Source of the DNA: a virus
Virus record (IMG/VR): IMGVR_UViG_3300044816_000012
Span: 1-46,280 of that record
Reading direction: 5' to 3' (one strand)
Length of the DNA: 46,280 nt
Made by a program: the position numbers and the translations under genes. The notes beneath the pieces were generated by a model that saw only the letters and a program-made list of their open reading frames with translations, had not been told where the DNA came from and searched no databases. Position 1 is the stretch's first letter, and each line of letters starts with the position of its first letter. Of this stretch, positions 13,088 through 22,186 are shown piece by piece.

Positions 13088-15277
13088 ATGGCAACGTCTG
13101 GCGCATCTGGTAGCAGTCCTGGTGGCGTAGCAGGTATCCAATCGGACCCGCGACAAGCAGCCAATGGCGGCATGGATGGGGATGACCTAGAGGAAGATCC
13201 CAAGAATGAAGAAGATGAACGTAAGGAAGAAGCACTAGCCCGCAAGCTTTGGCAGTGCTACGACAATGCTCGTAAGTTTGACGAGAACTTCCGTAAGCAA
13301 GTTGCTATCGACCGGCGCTACGCGGCGGGCACATCTGATTTGGCTTGGGCGGTATCGACTAATCTTATCGGTGCCTTCATCGATGTTTTAGTCGCGTTAC
13401 TCTACGCACGCAACCCCGATGTATCAGTAACGAAGTCGCCGCAGGTTGACGAAGACGGCACGCGGGATATGGAAGTCTTCGCCCGCACGCTAGAGATTGT
13501 AATATCTGCGCTATGGAAGAAAGGCAAGATGAAGCAAGCTGCGCGCAAAGGCGTGCGCTCAGTGCTCAGCAATGCCGAAGGTTGGTTTAAGTGCATGATG
13601 GTTTCCGAGAAGGAACCGCAGCCGGAAGTGGAGACGGCGCTTAATGATGCGAAGGAAACCATCTCCCGCTTGCAAGCGCAACAGAAGTTGCTAGAAGATC
13701 CGCAAGATAGCGATCCTGAGACTATGGAAGCGGAGATGGAGGAGAAGCAGGCACTTGTTGAGGAACTGCAATCAAAGCTTGAACTTGCCGTCAATAAGAT
13801 GTTCGTCATTGACTACGTTGCAACCGAGCGCATGCAGGTTTCCACCGATATCTCAAGCATTTCTGATTACCTTGAAGCCGACTGGATCGGTAACGAGATG
13901 TACTTCACAAAAGAAGACACGATGGCGCGTTTCCCTCGGCTAGATGCGGAAGACGTTAAGAGCGCGAAGATTTATTACCAGCGTCCGCCGAAAGAAATGA
14001 CGACGCGAGACATTGATAACGTATTGCCGCAGGGAATGCTGACGGCGGAGAGCGCACAGGCGTTCACGACTAGCACATCGTCTGAGGAATCCCCGGCGTT
14101 CCTTCGTGTGGTAGAGATTTGGGATCGGCGCGACAAGAAGATTCGAACAATGGTTGACGGCGTTAAGAAATGGGCTAAAGAGCCGTACGCGCCGCCGTAC
14201 CCTTCAAGCCGGTTCTACCCGTACTTCTACTTTTCGTTCTATGAAGTGGACGGTTCACGCCATGCGCAGTCTCTTTCGTGGCGGTTATACAAGCTTCAAG
14301 ACGAATATAGTGCTACGCGCTCCAATTTTCGTATTACTCGTGAGCGCAGTATTCCTGGCGTGCTATTCAACGCTACGATGTTGGATGATACGGAAGCTAA
14401 GAAGCTAACTGAGTCCAAGCATCAGGAATATACGGCGCTACGTCCTAGCGATCCGACTATCCCTATTGCGAATATGTTCGCGCCTAAACCCGTCCAAGCG
14501 ATTGATATGAGGCTCTATGACCCGGCACTCATCCTATCCGACATGGAGCGCATATCGGGAGTGCAAGAGGCATTGTCCGCTGCTGTCAACGGACCTGGAA
14601 ATCCAAAGACCGCCACCGAAGCCAACATCCAGCAGTCTGGTACTGCGGCGCGTACGACCTCGGATAGGGACAACCTAGAGACGATGCTTACCGATATGGC
14701 GCAGTACACTGCGGAGCAAGCGCTACAATGTCTTGAGACTAGGGACGTACAACGGATGGCGGGCCCGAAAGCCTTCTGGCCGGCGGGAATGGACATTGAA
14801 GACTTATTCACGCTGGTTGAGGTTAAGATCGAAGCCGGCACTACGGGCAAGCCGCGTCAGCAGGTAGACCAGCAGGCGTGGTCTACGATCCTGCCGCTTA
14901 TCAAGCAGACATTGCAGGAAATCAATCAGGCTATGTCCACCGGCAACATGCCGATGGCTAATTCATTGATCGAACTGGTTAAAGAGACTATGATTCGCTT
15001 GGGTGACGAAAGCGATATTGAGCGGTTCATCCCGCGTGTACCGCCGCCAGGCTCACCGGGCGCAGGCGCACCGCCGCCGCCAGTCATGCCGACGATTAGC
15101 ATTAGCCTTAAGGGCGACTTGCCGCCGGGCGCAGCGGCTGCGCTGGTAGCCCCTGCGGTTACTGCCGATGCAGTTAGCGCAGCACCGCCTAAACCCGCGC
15201 CTGGGGCAGCACCGCCACCCGGTCCAGGCCCGGGGCCGACACCAGGCGCACCGCCGCCCGGCGCGGGACCGATGTAG
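13088..15277 (+). CDS. Portal protein (729 aa) with Pro/Ala/Gly-rich C-terminal tail
   Basis: Size and position (after terminase, before scaffold/capsid); the C-terminal ~80 aa are PPPGSPGAGAPPPP...GPGPGPTPGAPPPGAGPM. Confidence 0.8.
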   Translation: MATSGASGSSPGGVAGIQSDPRQAANGGMDGDDLEEDPKNEEDERKEEALARKLWQCYDNARKFDENFRKQVAIDRRYAAGTSDLAWAVSTNLIGAFIDVLVALLYARNPDVSVTKSPQVDEDGTRDMEVFARTLEIVISALWKKGKMKQAARKGVRSVLSNAEGWFKCMMVSEKEPQPEVETALNDAKETISRLQAQQKLLEDPQDSDPETMEAEMEEKQALVEELQSKLELAVNKMFVIDYVATERMQVSTDISSISDYLEADWIGNEMYFTKEDTMARFPRLDAEDVKSAKIYYQRPPKEMTTRDIDNVLPQGMLTAESAQAFTTSTSSEESPAFLRVVEIWDRRDKKIRTMVDGVKKWAKEPYAPPYPSSRFYPYFYFSFYEVDGSRHAQSLSWRLYKLQDEYSATRSNFRITRERSIPGVLFNATMLDDTEAKKLTESKHQEYTALRPSDPTIPIANMFAPKPVQAIDMRLYDPALILSDMERISGVQEALSAAVNGPGNPKTATEANIQQSGTAARTTSDRDNLETMLTDMAQYTAEQALQCLETRDVQRMAGPKAFWPAGMDIEDLFTLVEVKIEAGTTGKPRQQVDQQAWSTILPLIKQTLQEINQAMSTGNMPMANSLIELVKETMIRLGDESDIERFIPRVPPPGSPGAGAPPPPVMPTISISLKGDLPPGAAAALVAPAVTADAVSAAPPKPAPGAAPPPGPGPGPTPGAPPPGAGPM

Positions 15278-15306
15278 AATGACCCACCAACGAAAGGGAG
15301 CCTAAA

Positions 15307-16434
15307 ATGGCCGACGAGTCAGTATTAGACGCAGTTAACTTTGCGCTTGAAAACAATGGAGCATCACCCAGTGAAGAATTGGAGGTTGATAGCGTTATTG
15401 AGGATGATTCCGACGCTGATACTTCTAATCCTGAGACGGAAGGCGATACGGGTTCTGTTGAAGGTGACGAAGGCGCTGATAGCGAGCCTGGTGAAGGAGA
15501 AGACGGAACTGACACGGGTGAAACTCCTGATGTCAAGGGCGCTGCCCCGGCACGGGAGCGCAATGCGGATGGTACTTTCAAGACCGCCGAGCAAAAAGCT
15601 GCTGACAAAGCCACAAGCGAAGCTGCGGCTGGTAAGAAAGTCGCCGATCCGATAAACGACCCGGTTCCGAGGGACCTAAAGCCCGCGACGCAAGAGCGTA
15701 TCCGCACATTGGTTGCTACCGCCAAGGAAGTGACGGCGGACCGCGACCGCGTTAAGCAAGACTTTGACTACATGGTCCAAGGCGTGCAAGCTACGGGGGC
15801 GTCCCCAGAGCAGTATGGCGAAACCCTTAGCTGGCTGGCGATGTTTAATAGCAACGATCCGACTCAGCAGGAGAAAGCCCTTGAACTGGTTGAAAGCGTT
15901 GCAGACCGCCTATCTACTCTACTCGGTAAAGAGCGCAATGTGGGCGATCCGCTTAGCGCACATGCTGATCTGAAGGATGCAGTAGCGCGCGGGCAGGTTA
16001 CGGCTAAGTACGCATCAGAAATTGCCAGGACACGTAACTCTCAGCAGTTTCGCGGGCAGTTGACGGCGCATAGCCAGCAGCAGACTCAACAGGCGCAGGC
16101 GCAGGCCCATGAGCTTGGTACCGCTCGCAATGATCTTACGACGTTGGAGAATACGCTCCAGGCGACTGATCCGCAGTATGCGACTAAGAAGTCAATCCTG
16201 GTGGCAGCCCTCAAGCCAGTCTTTGCGTCTATCCCACCTTCCCAGTGGAAATCGAAGTTCGAAGAGGCTTACCGCAACCTGAAGGTTCCGGGCGGCGCTA
16301 AACCAGCGGTTAGGGCCGCAGTGCCCGCCAACCAGCCCATGCGCGCAGGCAAGCAGCCGGCGGGTGGACAAGCAAGGCAGGCTGGCAGTATGCTAGAGGC
16401 AGTATCAGGAGCCCTCGCGGGCATGAAGGGGTAA
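15307..16434 (+). CDS. putative scaffolding protein (375 aa)
   Basis: Lies between portal and capsid; acidic N-terminus, helical Q/A/K-rich body; SD aagggagcctaaaATG. Confidence 0.6.
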   Translation: MADESVLDAVNFALENNGASPSEELEVDSVIEDDSDADTSNPETEGDTGSVEGDEGADSEPGEGEDGTDTGETPDVKGAAPARERNADGTFKTAEQKAADKATSEAAAGKKVADPINDPVPRDLKPATQERIRTLVATAKEVTADRDRVKQDFDYMVQGVQATGASPEQYGETLSWLAMFNSNDPTQQEKALELVESVADRLSTLLGKERNVGDPLSAHADLKDAVARGQVTAKYASEIARTRNSQQFRGQLTAHSQQQTQQAQAQAHELGTARNDLTTLENTLQATDPQYATKKSILVAALKPVFASIPPSQWKSKFEEAYRNLKVPGGAKPAVRAAVPANQPMRAGKQPAGGQARQAGSMLEAVSGALAGMKG

Positions 16435-16437
16435 TCA

Positions 16438-16704
16438 GTGGCTCACGTATCCGTTATGGTGCCTGAAGGGCATACAATCCAGATCCACCCTCCGGGGCAC
16501 GTGTCACCGGCTGGTGAAGGCATGATTCACGATCCGGCGCATGCCGGAGCGCTGGCGGCGATGAACGCCGCCATGCCGCTCCCCAACGAGCAGGCATTGA
16601 CTCCGAAGGATGCTGAGCAGCCTAAGCGTAAGGCAAAGCCCAAGAGCGATAAGAAGGAAGTCGAGAAGCCGAGCGGAGAGCCTAGGGCTAAGGGCAAGAA
16701 GTAG
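16438..16704 (+). CDS. hypothetical protein (88 aa, GTG start) with His/Pro-rich N-terminus and Lys-rich C-terminus
   Basis: ORF; aagggg SD-like sequence upstream. Confidence 0.5.
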   Translation: MAHVSVMVPEGHTIQIHPPGHVSPAGEGMIHDPAHAGALAAMNAAMPLPNEQALTPKDAEQPKRKAKPKSDKKEVEKPSGEPRAKGKK

Positions 16705-16743
16705 CAGTTGACTTCTTTCTTTTAAATAGTTAACCTACGGGGT

Positions 16744-17277
16744 ATGAAAACCCCAGACGAAAAACGCGAATACATGCGCCGGTATATGGCAGAGCGCCGG
16801 CTTGACCCAGTGCAGGGCGAGAAGAACCGCGAAGCTTCCCGCAAGTGGCGAGCAGCTAATCGGGAGAAGGGAAACACCATTGCTAAGGCCTGGCGAGATA
16901 GAAATCCAGAGCGTGTAAAAGAGCTAAACCGCGCATGGTGCGAGAAGAACGCACGGTACAAAGCAGAGTACCAAAAAGCCGAGTATCGGCGTGTTAGACG
17001 GTCAACGCATCTAGGTAAGAAATTCGGTCTAACAGAAGAACAATACGAAGCAAGAGCACTTGCGCAGGGCGGGCACTGCGCGCTATGCTCCTATCCTGAT
17101 ATACCAGAAAAAAGACTTGCCGTAGACCATTGCCACAAGACGGGGGCAGTACGCATGTTGCTATGTGCTGATTGCAACCGTGGACTAGGACTATTTAAGG
17201 ATGACCCTAAGTTGTTGCGAGATGCAGCAGCCTATGTAGAAGCGCACCAGTTGACAAGTACTGATTTGTTGGCATAG
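16744..17277 (+). CDS. Free-standing HNH endonuclease of the Endonuclease VII type (177 aa)
   Basis: HCALCSYPD...LAVDHCHKTGAVRMLLCADCNRGLGLFKDDP matches the Endo VII/HNH zinc-binding core; flanked by non-coding gaps of 39 and 87 nt. Confidence 0.9.
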   Translation: MKTPDEKREYMRRYMAERRLDPVQGEKNREASRKWRAANREKGNTIAKAWRDRNPERVKELNRAWCEKNARYKAEYQKAEYRRVRRSTHLGKKFGLTEEQYEARALAQGGHCALCSYPDIPEKRLAVDHCHKTGAVRMLLCADCNRGLGLFKDDPKLLRDAAAYVEAHQLTSTDLLA

Positions 17278-17364
17278 ACTTTGCAGCACTGATGGCTGCA
17301 TGTCGTGATTTAGTAGGTTTCGGCACCCTGCAAACTCCAAACGGCCTCTTGGGAAGAACCCTTT

Positions 17365-18465
17365 GTGTTTTTCTTATATGAGGTATTTGCAGCCATTCCT
17401 TTTACAAACGAACAACTCTCGTATGCCGGCAACGCCGCGATCAATTTTTTCTTAAGAAATGATCCGGTGGACCAGATCAACATTAATAGACCGCTTATTA
17501 AGAAGCTGATGGAAGGTAAAAAGCCTTACGTCGGCGGTCTCCAGTATGTTGTGGAGCAGCTGAGATATTCCAACGATTCAAACTTTCAGTCTTACTTCGG
17601 CGATACCCAGGTCACCTACAACCGCAAGCGCACTTTGCAACAGGCGAAGTACACTTGGGGAAGCTTCCATGACGGTTTCGGTCTGAACGAAGACGAACTG
17701 GCGCAGAACGGCATTGTCATGACGGACGACAAGTCGAGCGTTCCGAGCGAAGCTGAGAAGGTGCAACTCACTAATTTGCTTCAAGAAAATAGTGAAACAC
17801 TAAAATTGGGCTTTCAGGAAAACTTTGACTACATGCTGCACCGCGACGGTACGCACAGTACGACTGACATTCCGGGCCTTGACCTTCTGGTTTCCACGAC
17901 TCCGACAGCCCCTCAGGTTGTGGGTGGTCTTGACCAGTCTGTCTATACCTGGTGGCAGAATACGGCGATTACGGGCATCAGCACCGCGACCGCTGGCACC
18001 TTGACCCAGCAAATGGAAATTGCATGGCGCGATGCGACTCGTTACGGTGGGTTCGCTCCTGACTACATCCTGGTTGGTGAAGCGTTCTTGGATGCCTACC
18101 GCTTGGATGCGAAGCAGACGATCAACCGCACTGTGTACATGAAAGACGATGCGAAGCCGACGGATCTTGATACGGCAGTTGGTGAGGGCACCAAGACGGG
18201 CTTGTACTTCAAGAATGTTGAATTGATTTGGGACCCGGTGTTCACGGTCCTCGATACTCTCGACAGTCCGGCAATCACCTGGCAGAAGCGTTGCTACTTC
18301 TTGAACTCACGGTTCCTGAAGTTGCGTCCGATCCAGGGTCATTGGATGATCAACCGCACGCCTCCGCGCGTGTACGATCGCTATGTTCACTACTTCGCGC
18401 TTACGGCGAAAGCAGCACTGACGACTGGCAAGCGAAACGCTCATGCCGTCCTCAGCATCGCCTAA
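17365..18465 (+). CDS. Major capsid protein (366 aa; GTG start, start uncertain)
   Basis: Size and position after the scaffold, followed by a terminator-delimited capsid block. The only canonical in-frame start after stop 17314 is GTG 17365; the first in-frame ATG is about 150 nt further in. Confidence 0.7.
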   Translation: MFFLYEVFAAIPFTNEQLSYAGNAAINFFLRNDPVDQININRPLIKKLMEGKKPYVGGLQYVVEQLRYSNDSNFQSYFGDTQVTYNRKRTLQQAKYTWGSFHDGFGLNEDELAQNGIVMTDDKSSVPSEAEKVQLTNLLQENSETLKLGFQENFDYMLHRDGTHSTTDIPGLDLLVSTTPTAPQVVGGLDQSVYTWWQNTAITGISTATAGTLTQQMEIAWRDATRYGGFAPDYILVGEAFLDAYRLDAKQTINRTVYMKDDAKPTDLDTAVGEGTKTGLYFKNVELIWDPVFTVLDTLDSPAITWQKRCYFLNSRFLKLRPIQGHWMINRTPPRVYDRYVHYFALTAKAALTTGKRNAHAVLSIA

Positions 18466-18488
18466 GCCAAAGGAATAGGAGAAAATTT

Positions 18489-19124
18489 ATGCAAGTTCTT
18501 AGTGTTACCAACATGCCGATTTATCTGCCGTATGACTCGGCACCGATCCCTTTCGGCGACCCGTACTCAGACGTTACTGCAACTGCGGCAGCGCCTGGCA
18601 TCTTCACGGTTCCGGGGTACAACGCTCCGGTAGCGGGGGACGCGGTATGCTTCTCCTTCCAGGCTGGCGGATCGCTTCCGGCTCCCTTGACTGTCATCGG
18701 CGGTACGGTAACGAACGCGGGCCTTAACAGTGCGACCATCTACTATGTAGTGGCCCCCATTGTTAATAACACGTTTGCGGTCTCCGCCACGAAGGGTGGC
18801 GCTGCGATTACTACGACCACGACTGGTTCGTTGTTCACCATCCACTTGCTCTCTGGACAGGTTGACGGTGCGCCGATCCCCTTCGAAGTCGGGTATTCGG
18901 CGGTGTGCATGAACCTGACGGCAGGTTCGCTGGTGCTCCAAGGTGCTCCGGATCTTAACGACTTGCCGGCGGCCTACGCTGGTGGCCAGTACGGTAATCC
19001 GAAGGGCCCAGGCACCTATGTGACCCTGGCGACGGTTCCGGCGGGCAGTGCACAGGTTGTGCAGTTGAGCCAAAGCTGGATTCGTGTGTCAACTGCTGCT
19101 ACCCTTGTGTTGCTCCAGAACTAG
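18489..19124 (+). CDS. virion-module protein (211 aa), possible capsid accessory/decoration protein
   Basis: ATG 18489 is preceded by aataggagaaaattt; the track ORF 18228..19124 extends upstream into the MCP gene and is trimmed. Confidence 0.7.
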   Translation: MQVLSVTNMPIYLPYDSAPIPFGDPYSDVTATAAAPGIFTVPGYNAPVAGDAVCFSFQAGGSLPAPLTVIGGTVTNAGLNSATIYYVVAPIVNNTFAVSATKGGAAITTTTTGSLFTIHLLSGQVDGAPIPFEVGYSAVCMNLTAGSLVLQGAPDLNDLPAAYAGGQYGNPKGPGTYVTLATVPAGSAQVVQLSQSWIRVSTAATLVLLQN

Positions 19125-19148
19125 GAGTTCCACACAAAGGTCGCAACT

Positions 19149-19544
19149 ATGCGATATGTAAGAGTGATGATTAAGCGGGACACGCAGACGACTCACAATC
19201 GGGCTGTCCCGCCTTGGGAAGTTCCCGTTCTCGAATACCTGTTCGAGGACGGGAATGTCACGGTAACAGAAGTCTATGACGAAGTAGCCGATGGTGAATA
19301 TCCTGATCCCGGTCAGGAGTTCCACCGGTTGACACAGCGGTACGGGCAAGACTTGGATAGCAAGCTTCCCTACGTAGCTTTGGTGTATGGTAACGCCAGT
19401 GTCGGCGTTCGTGCGCTGAATAAGGCGATTTTAGAAGCGAAAGCTGAGGACGAAGCAGCAGAATCGGTGGCTAAGCCCGCGCCGGTTGTAGTTGCGGCAG
19501 TCAAAGGCAAGCGGAAGGCCGCTGCCGATAGCCTAATGGGTTGA
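19149..19544 (+). CDS. hypothetical virion-module protein (131 aa)
   Basis: ORF followed by an intrinsic terminator. Confidence 0.7.
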   Translation: MRYVRVMIKRDTQTTHNRAVPPWEVPVLEYLFEDGNVTVTEVYDEVADGEYPDPGQEFHRLTQRYGQDLDSKLPYVALVYGNASVGVRALNKAILEAKAEDEAAESVAKPAPVVVAAVKGKRKAAADSLMG

Positions 19545-19577
19545 GTGGGGCTCCTATCGTGGTTACACGATAGTTCG

Positions 19578-19606
19578 GGGTCCGGAGCAGTCCGGACCCT
19601 CTTTTG
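19578..19606 (+). terminator. Rho-independent terminator after the capsid block
   Basis: gggtccgg agcagt ccggaccc (8-bp GC stem) followed by tcttttg; preceded by a second hairpin, ctatcgtg gtta cacgatag (19554..19573). Confidence 0.7.
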
Positions 19607-19617
19607 AGGGGTAAAAC

Positions 19618-20622
19618 GTGGCAGGTAACGGCGATCTTCAGAATCCGCTAGCCTGGAATAACACGGCTTCCACAATCAGTACTGGCACGGTGGCACCACC
19701 GACCGCCAAAGGCAATCCAGACGACTACATAGGGCTTAAGGACCCAGACAGTATCTCAGGGCTAGTAGCCTGGAATGTCACGGCTCCGACCATTAGCGTA
19801 GGCACCGTGACGGCTACGCATGGGCATGGCGACGTAGGCGACGTATACGGTAGCCCGGATTTAAGTACGCAAGATCCCAGCGTCTCAGGGCTCATGGCTT
19901 GGAGCACCAACACCCCGACTATAGGCGTTGGCACGGTATCCCATCCCGGCGGGCACGGCGACGTTGGCGACGTAGCCACCAGCCCTGAGTTCACCCACAT
20001 AGACCCAGTCGCTTCAGGACTGGTTGCCTGGAACGTCAACGCTCCAACAATCGGTGTAGGGACTGTGGCAGCGGCTACAGGTAGGGGGGATGTAGTTGGG
20101 GACTACGGCAATATCGAAGCCGGTGCGTACTTCATAAACACGTGGAACGCCAGTGCACCGACAATCGGCACGGGGACGGTGACTTTGACTACCGGGCACG
20201 GGGATGTCACGAACCCCTACGCTTGGGAAGATGCCGTATTCTATTTGACCAGCCGGATATACCCTTTGCTGGTAATCGAGCAATTCACAAGTGGCGGATT
20301 GATGCGCTACGCGCCTCAATACCAAGAGACGGAACACGTACAAAGCATTGGAGCGTTCCTGGCGGGGACGCTGAATGCTTCGCTGATATCGTATACCTTC
20401 TGGCCAGAAGAGAACATAACGAGCGGTCCCGGCGCGTTTATCAGCGGGACGCTAGTGTCTGGGTACCAGGCATACACGTTCTGGCCCAACGAGCACGTAA
20501 CGAGCGGTCCGGGGGCTTTCCTTGGAGGAACCCTGGCATTGGGGTATATTGCTTATACATTCTGGCCCAATGAGCACATAACAAGTGGTCCGGGCGCGTT
20601 TCTTGGAGGAACCTTGGTATGA
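19618..20622 (+). CDS. Repeat-containing virion protein (334 aa, GTG start)
   Basis: Five AWN-x-APTIgvGTV...GHGDV cores (about 43-aa period), then three 27-aa YTFWPNEH(V/I)TSGPGAF units (81-nt period, 20392..20619). Confidence 0.75.
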   Translation: MAGNGDLQNPLAWNNTASTISTGTVAPPTAKGNPDDYIGLKDPDSISGLVAWNVTAPTISVGTVTATHGHGDVGDVYGSPDLSTQDPSVSGLMAWSTNTPTIGVGTVSHPGGHGDVGDVATSPEFTHIDPVASGLVAWNVNAPTIGVGTVAAATGRGDVVGDYGNIEAGAYFINTWNASAPTIGTGTVTLTTGHGDVTNPYAWEDAVFYLTSRIYPLLVIEQFTSGGLMRYAPQYQETEHVQSIGAFLAGTLNASLISYTFWPEENITSGPGAFISGTLVSGYQAYTFWPNEHVTSGPGAFLGGTLALGYIAYTFWPNEHITSGPGAFLGGTLV

Positions 20623-21551
20623 TTCTTATCCCGAAGTACAAAGACTTGATCCTGCCGCTTGAGATACCGAAGACACGGTTGGCGGGCATGTACAAGATTG
20701 AAGCTATCGGCTTGGACGGTAGGAAGCGGGTACTGGCTGATTGGTTCCCCAATCTCATAACCACGAACGGTGGAGAACTTATCGCTACAACCGGTGGTGC
20801 GCTAAGTTGGTGCGCTGTCGGTTCAGGCAACGCAACTCCAGCATTAGGCAACACGACGTTGCAAACATTCGTAGCGGGAACAAGTAACATAGTAAGTCAA
20901 ACGACAACCGCTCAGTCAAGCGCACCGTATTACAGTACCTTCACTGCCACATACCGCTTTGCAACGGGAACCGCAGCGGGCAACCTATCTGAGGTTGGGG
21001 TAGGACCTAACACATCAGGGACCAATCTATTCAGTCGTGCACTCATTTTGGATAGCGTTGGCAGTCCGACTACAATAACCGTGCTGTCAACGGAGGTGCT
21101 AGATGTAACATACCAGATACGGAACTATGTTCCGACCGCAGACGTTACGGGGTCGGTTACGATAGCTTCGGTGTCTTACGCTTATACACTACGCGCCCAA
21201 AACGCTACTAATAGTAACTGGGCATATACAGGTACAAATACGCTCAGCAGCACGCCGCAAAGCGTGGTGTACAATGGTTCCATAGCAGCAGTTACAGGTT
21301 CGCCGTCGGGAGCCACTGGCGGGGGGCCGAACGGTACGTATAGCAGCTATTCAGCGGGATCGCGCACCGCCGTAGCCAACTATGCTTTTGCCATTACTGA
21401 CGGTAACGTTGCGGGCGGCATCTCCGCCATATCCTTTATATTCAACGGAATGGCGTACTATCAAGTCGGGGTCAGTCCGAGCATACCTAAAGATTCTACG
21501 AAAACCATGACCCTGAGCGCTAGCACCAGTTGGAACATAAACGTACCGTAA
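20619..21551 (+). CDS. hypothetical tail-module protein (310 aa, T/S/G/A-rich)
   Basis: ORF with ATGA coupling. Confidence 0.75.
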   Translation: MILIPKYKDLILPLEIPKTRLAGMYKIEAIGLDGRKRVLADWFPNLITTNGGELIATTGGALSWCAVGSGNATPALGNTTLQTFVAGTSNIVSQTTTAQSSAPYYSTFTATYRFATGTAAGNLSEVGVGPNTSGTNLFSRALILDSVGSPTTITVLSTEVLDVTYQIRNYVPTADVTGSVTIASVSYAYTLRAQNATNSNWAYTGTNTLSSTPQSVVYNGSIAAVTGSPSGATGGGPNGTYSSYSAGSRTAVANYAFAITDGNVAGGISAISFIFNGMAYYQVGVSPSIPKDSTKTMTLSASTSWNINVP

Positions 21552-22186
21552 TGCTACCAGGCAATGTGCTATCAACAACTCCGGAACCAGCGGTATTCCT
21601 GCTGCCACGTACCGGCATACGGTTTTCCGCAGCTTCCGGCCTGAGCGATATCTCCTTTGGGGGTATCGCGCTGGGCGATCCAAGTGCAGGTATTATTTAT
21701 CAGCTATGGACGGCCTTCATACAGAACGGAAGCATATGGCTATCCGCGCCCAATACTCCGCCGTTTGTCCTGCTACCCGGTGTCGGCGCTGTTTGGGTAG
21801 CCCTAGCGTTTGACCAGAATGCACGTGTATTCGTGGCATACTCATTGGCCAATGGCTCTTCGTTCTATTATTGGTACGATTCCTTGGTGTCGGGATACGT
21901 GACTTCTGCCCTACCTGGATTCGTCCCGCGTGTTTTCGCAGCGCTTGACGACGTGCGTCCGGCAGAAGCTAGCTCGGCGGATGTGATTCTGGCATATGTC
22001 CGAGCTGGCGAGTTGTACTTCCGCGCTCAGCGCGACCGTTTTGAGGTAGAGTACGATTTAGGTCCGTCTCCTGCTACACTAGTGCAGATTGGCATGAATC
22101 ACGGTAACCGCTTTCAATTTGCCTTCCAGAACGTGCAAGGGAGCCATTCCGTACCGCCAGCAGAGTTTAGTCCAGGAGCCATCTAA
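21551..22186 (+). CDS. hypothetical tail-module protein (211 aa)
   Basis: Track ORF trimmed to the ATG at 21551 (TAATG coupling). Confidence 0.7.
   Translation: MLPGNVLSTTPEPAVFLLPRTGIRFSAASGLSDISFGGIALGDPSAGIIYQLWTAFIQNGSIWLSAPNTPPFVLLPGVGAVWVALAFDQNARVFVAYSLANGSSFYYWYDSLVSGYVTSALPGFVPRVFAALDDVRPAEASSADVILAYVRAGELYFRAQRDRFEVEYDLGPSPATLVQIGMNHGNRFQFAFQNVQGSHSVPPAEFSPGAI

Noticed and set aside
15189-15725. 178-aa minus-strand ORF across the portal/scaffold junction
   Set aside because: It is antisense to two well-supported structural genes, has Ser/Ala/Pro-rich shadow composition, and has no operon context on the minus strand
16705-17364. A group I intron carrying the HNH ORF and splitting the capsid gene
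   Set aside because: The non-coding flanks are only 39 and 87 nt, too short for a group I ribozyme core, and no upstream ORF looks like a capsid 5' exon; a free-standing homing endonuclease is the simpler reading
18228-18488. 5' extension of ORF 18228..19124 overlapping the capsid gene
   Set aside because: It is out of frame with and overlaps the MCP 3' end, and its sequence (MGPGVHGPRYSRQSGNHLAE...) is shadow-like; ATG 18489 has a strong AGGAG SD
19618-20622. A diversity-generating retroelement (template/variable repeat pair) suggested by the repeated segments in tail genes
   Set aside because: No reverse transcriptase ORF exists anywhere in the genome. The repeats are tandem within one ORF and differ at all base types rather than showing adenine-specific mutagenesis
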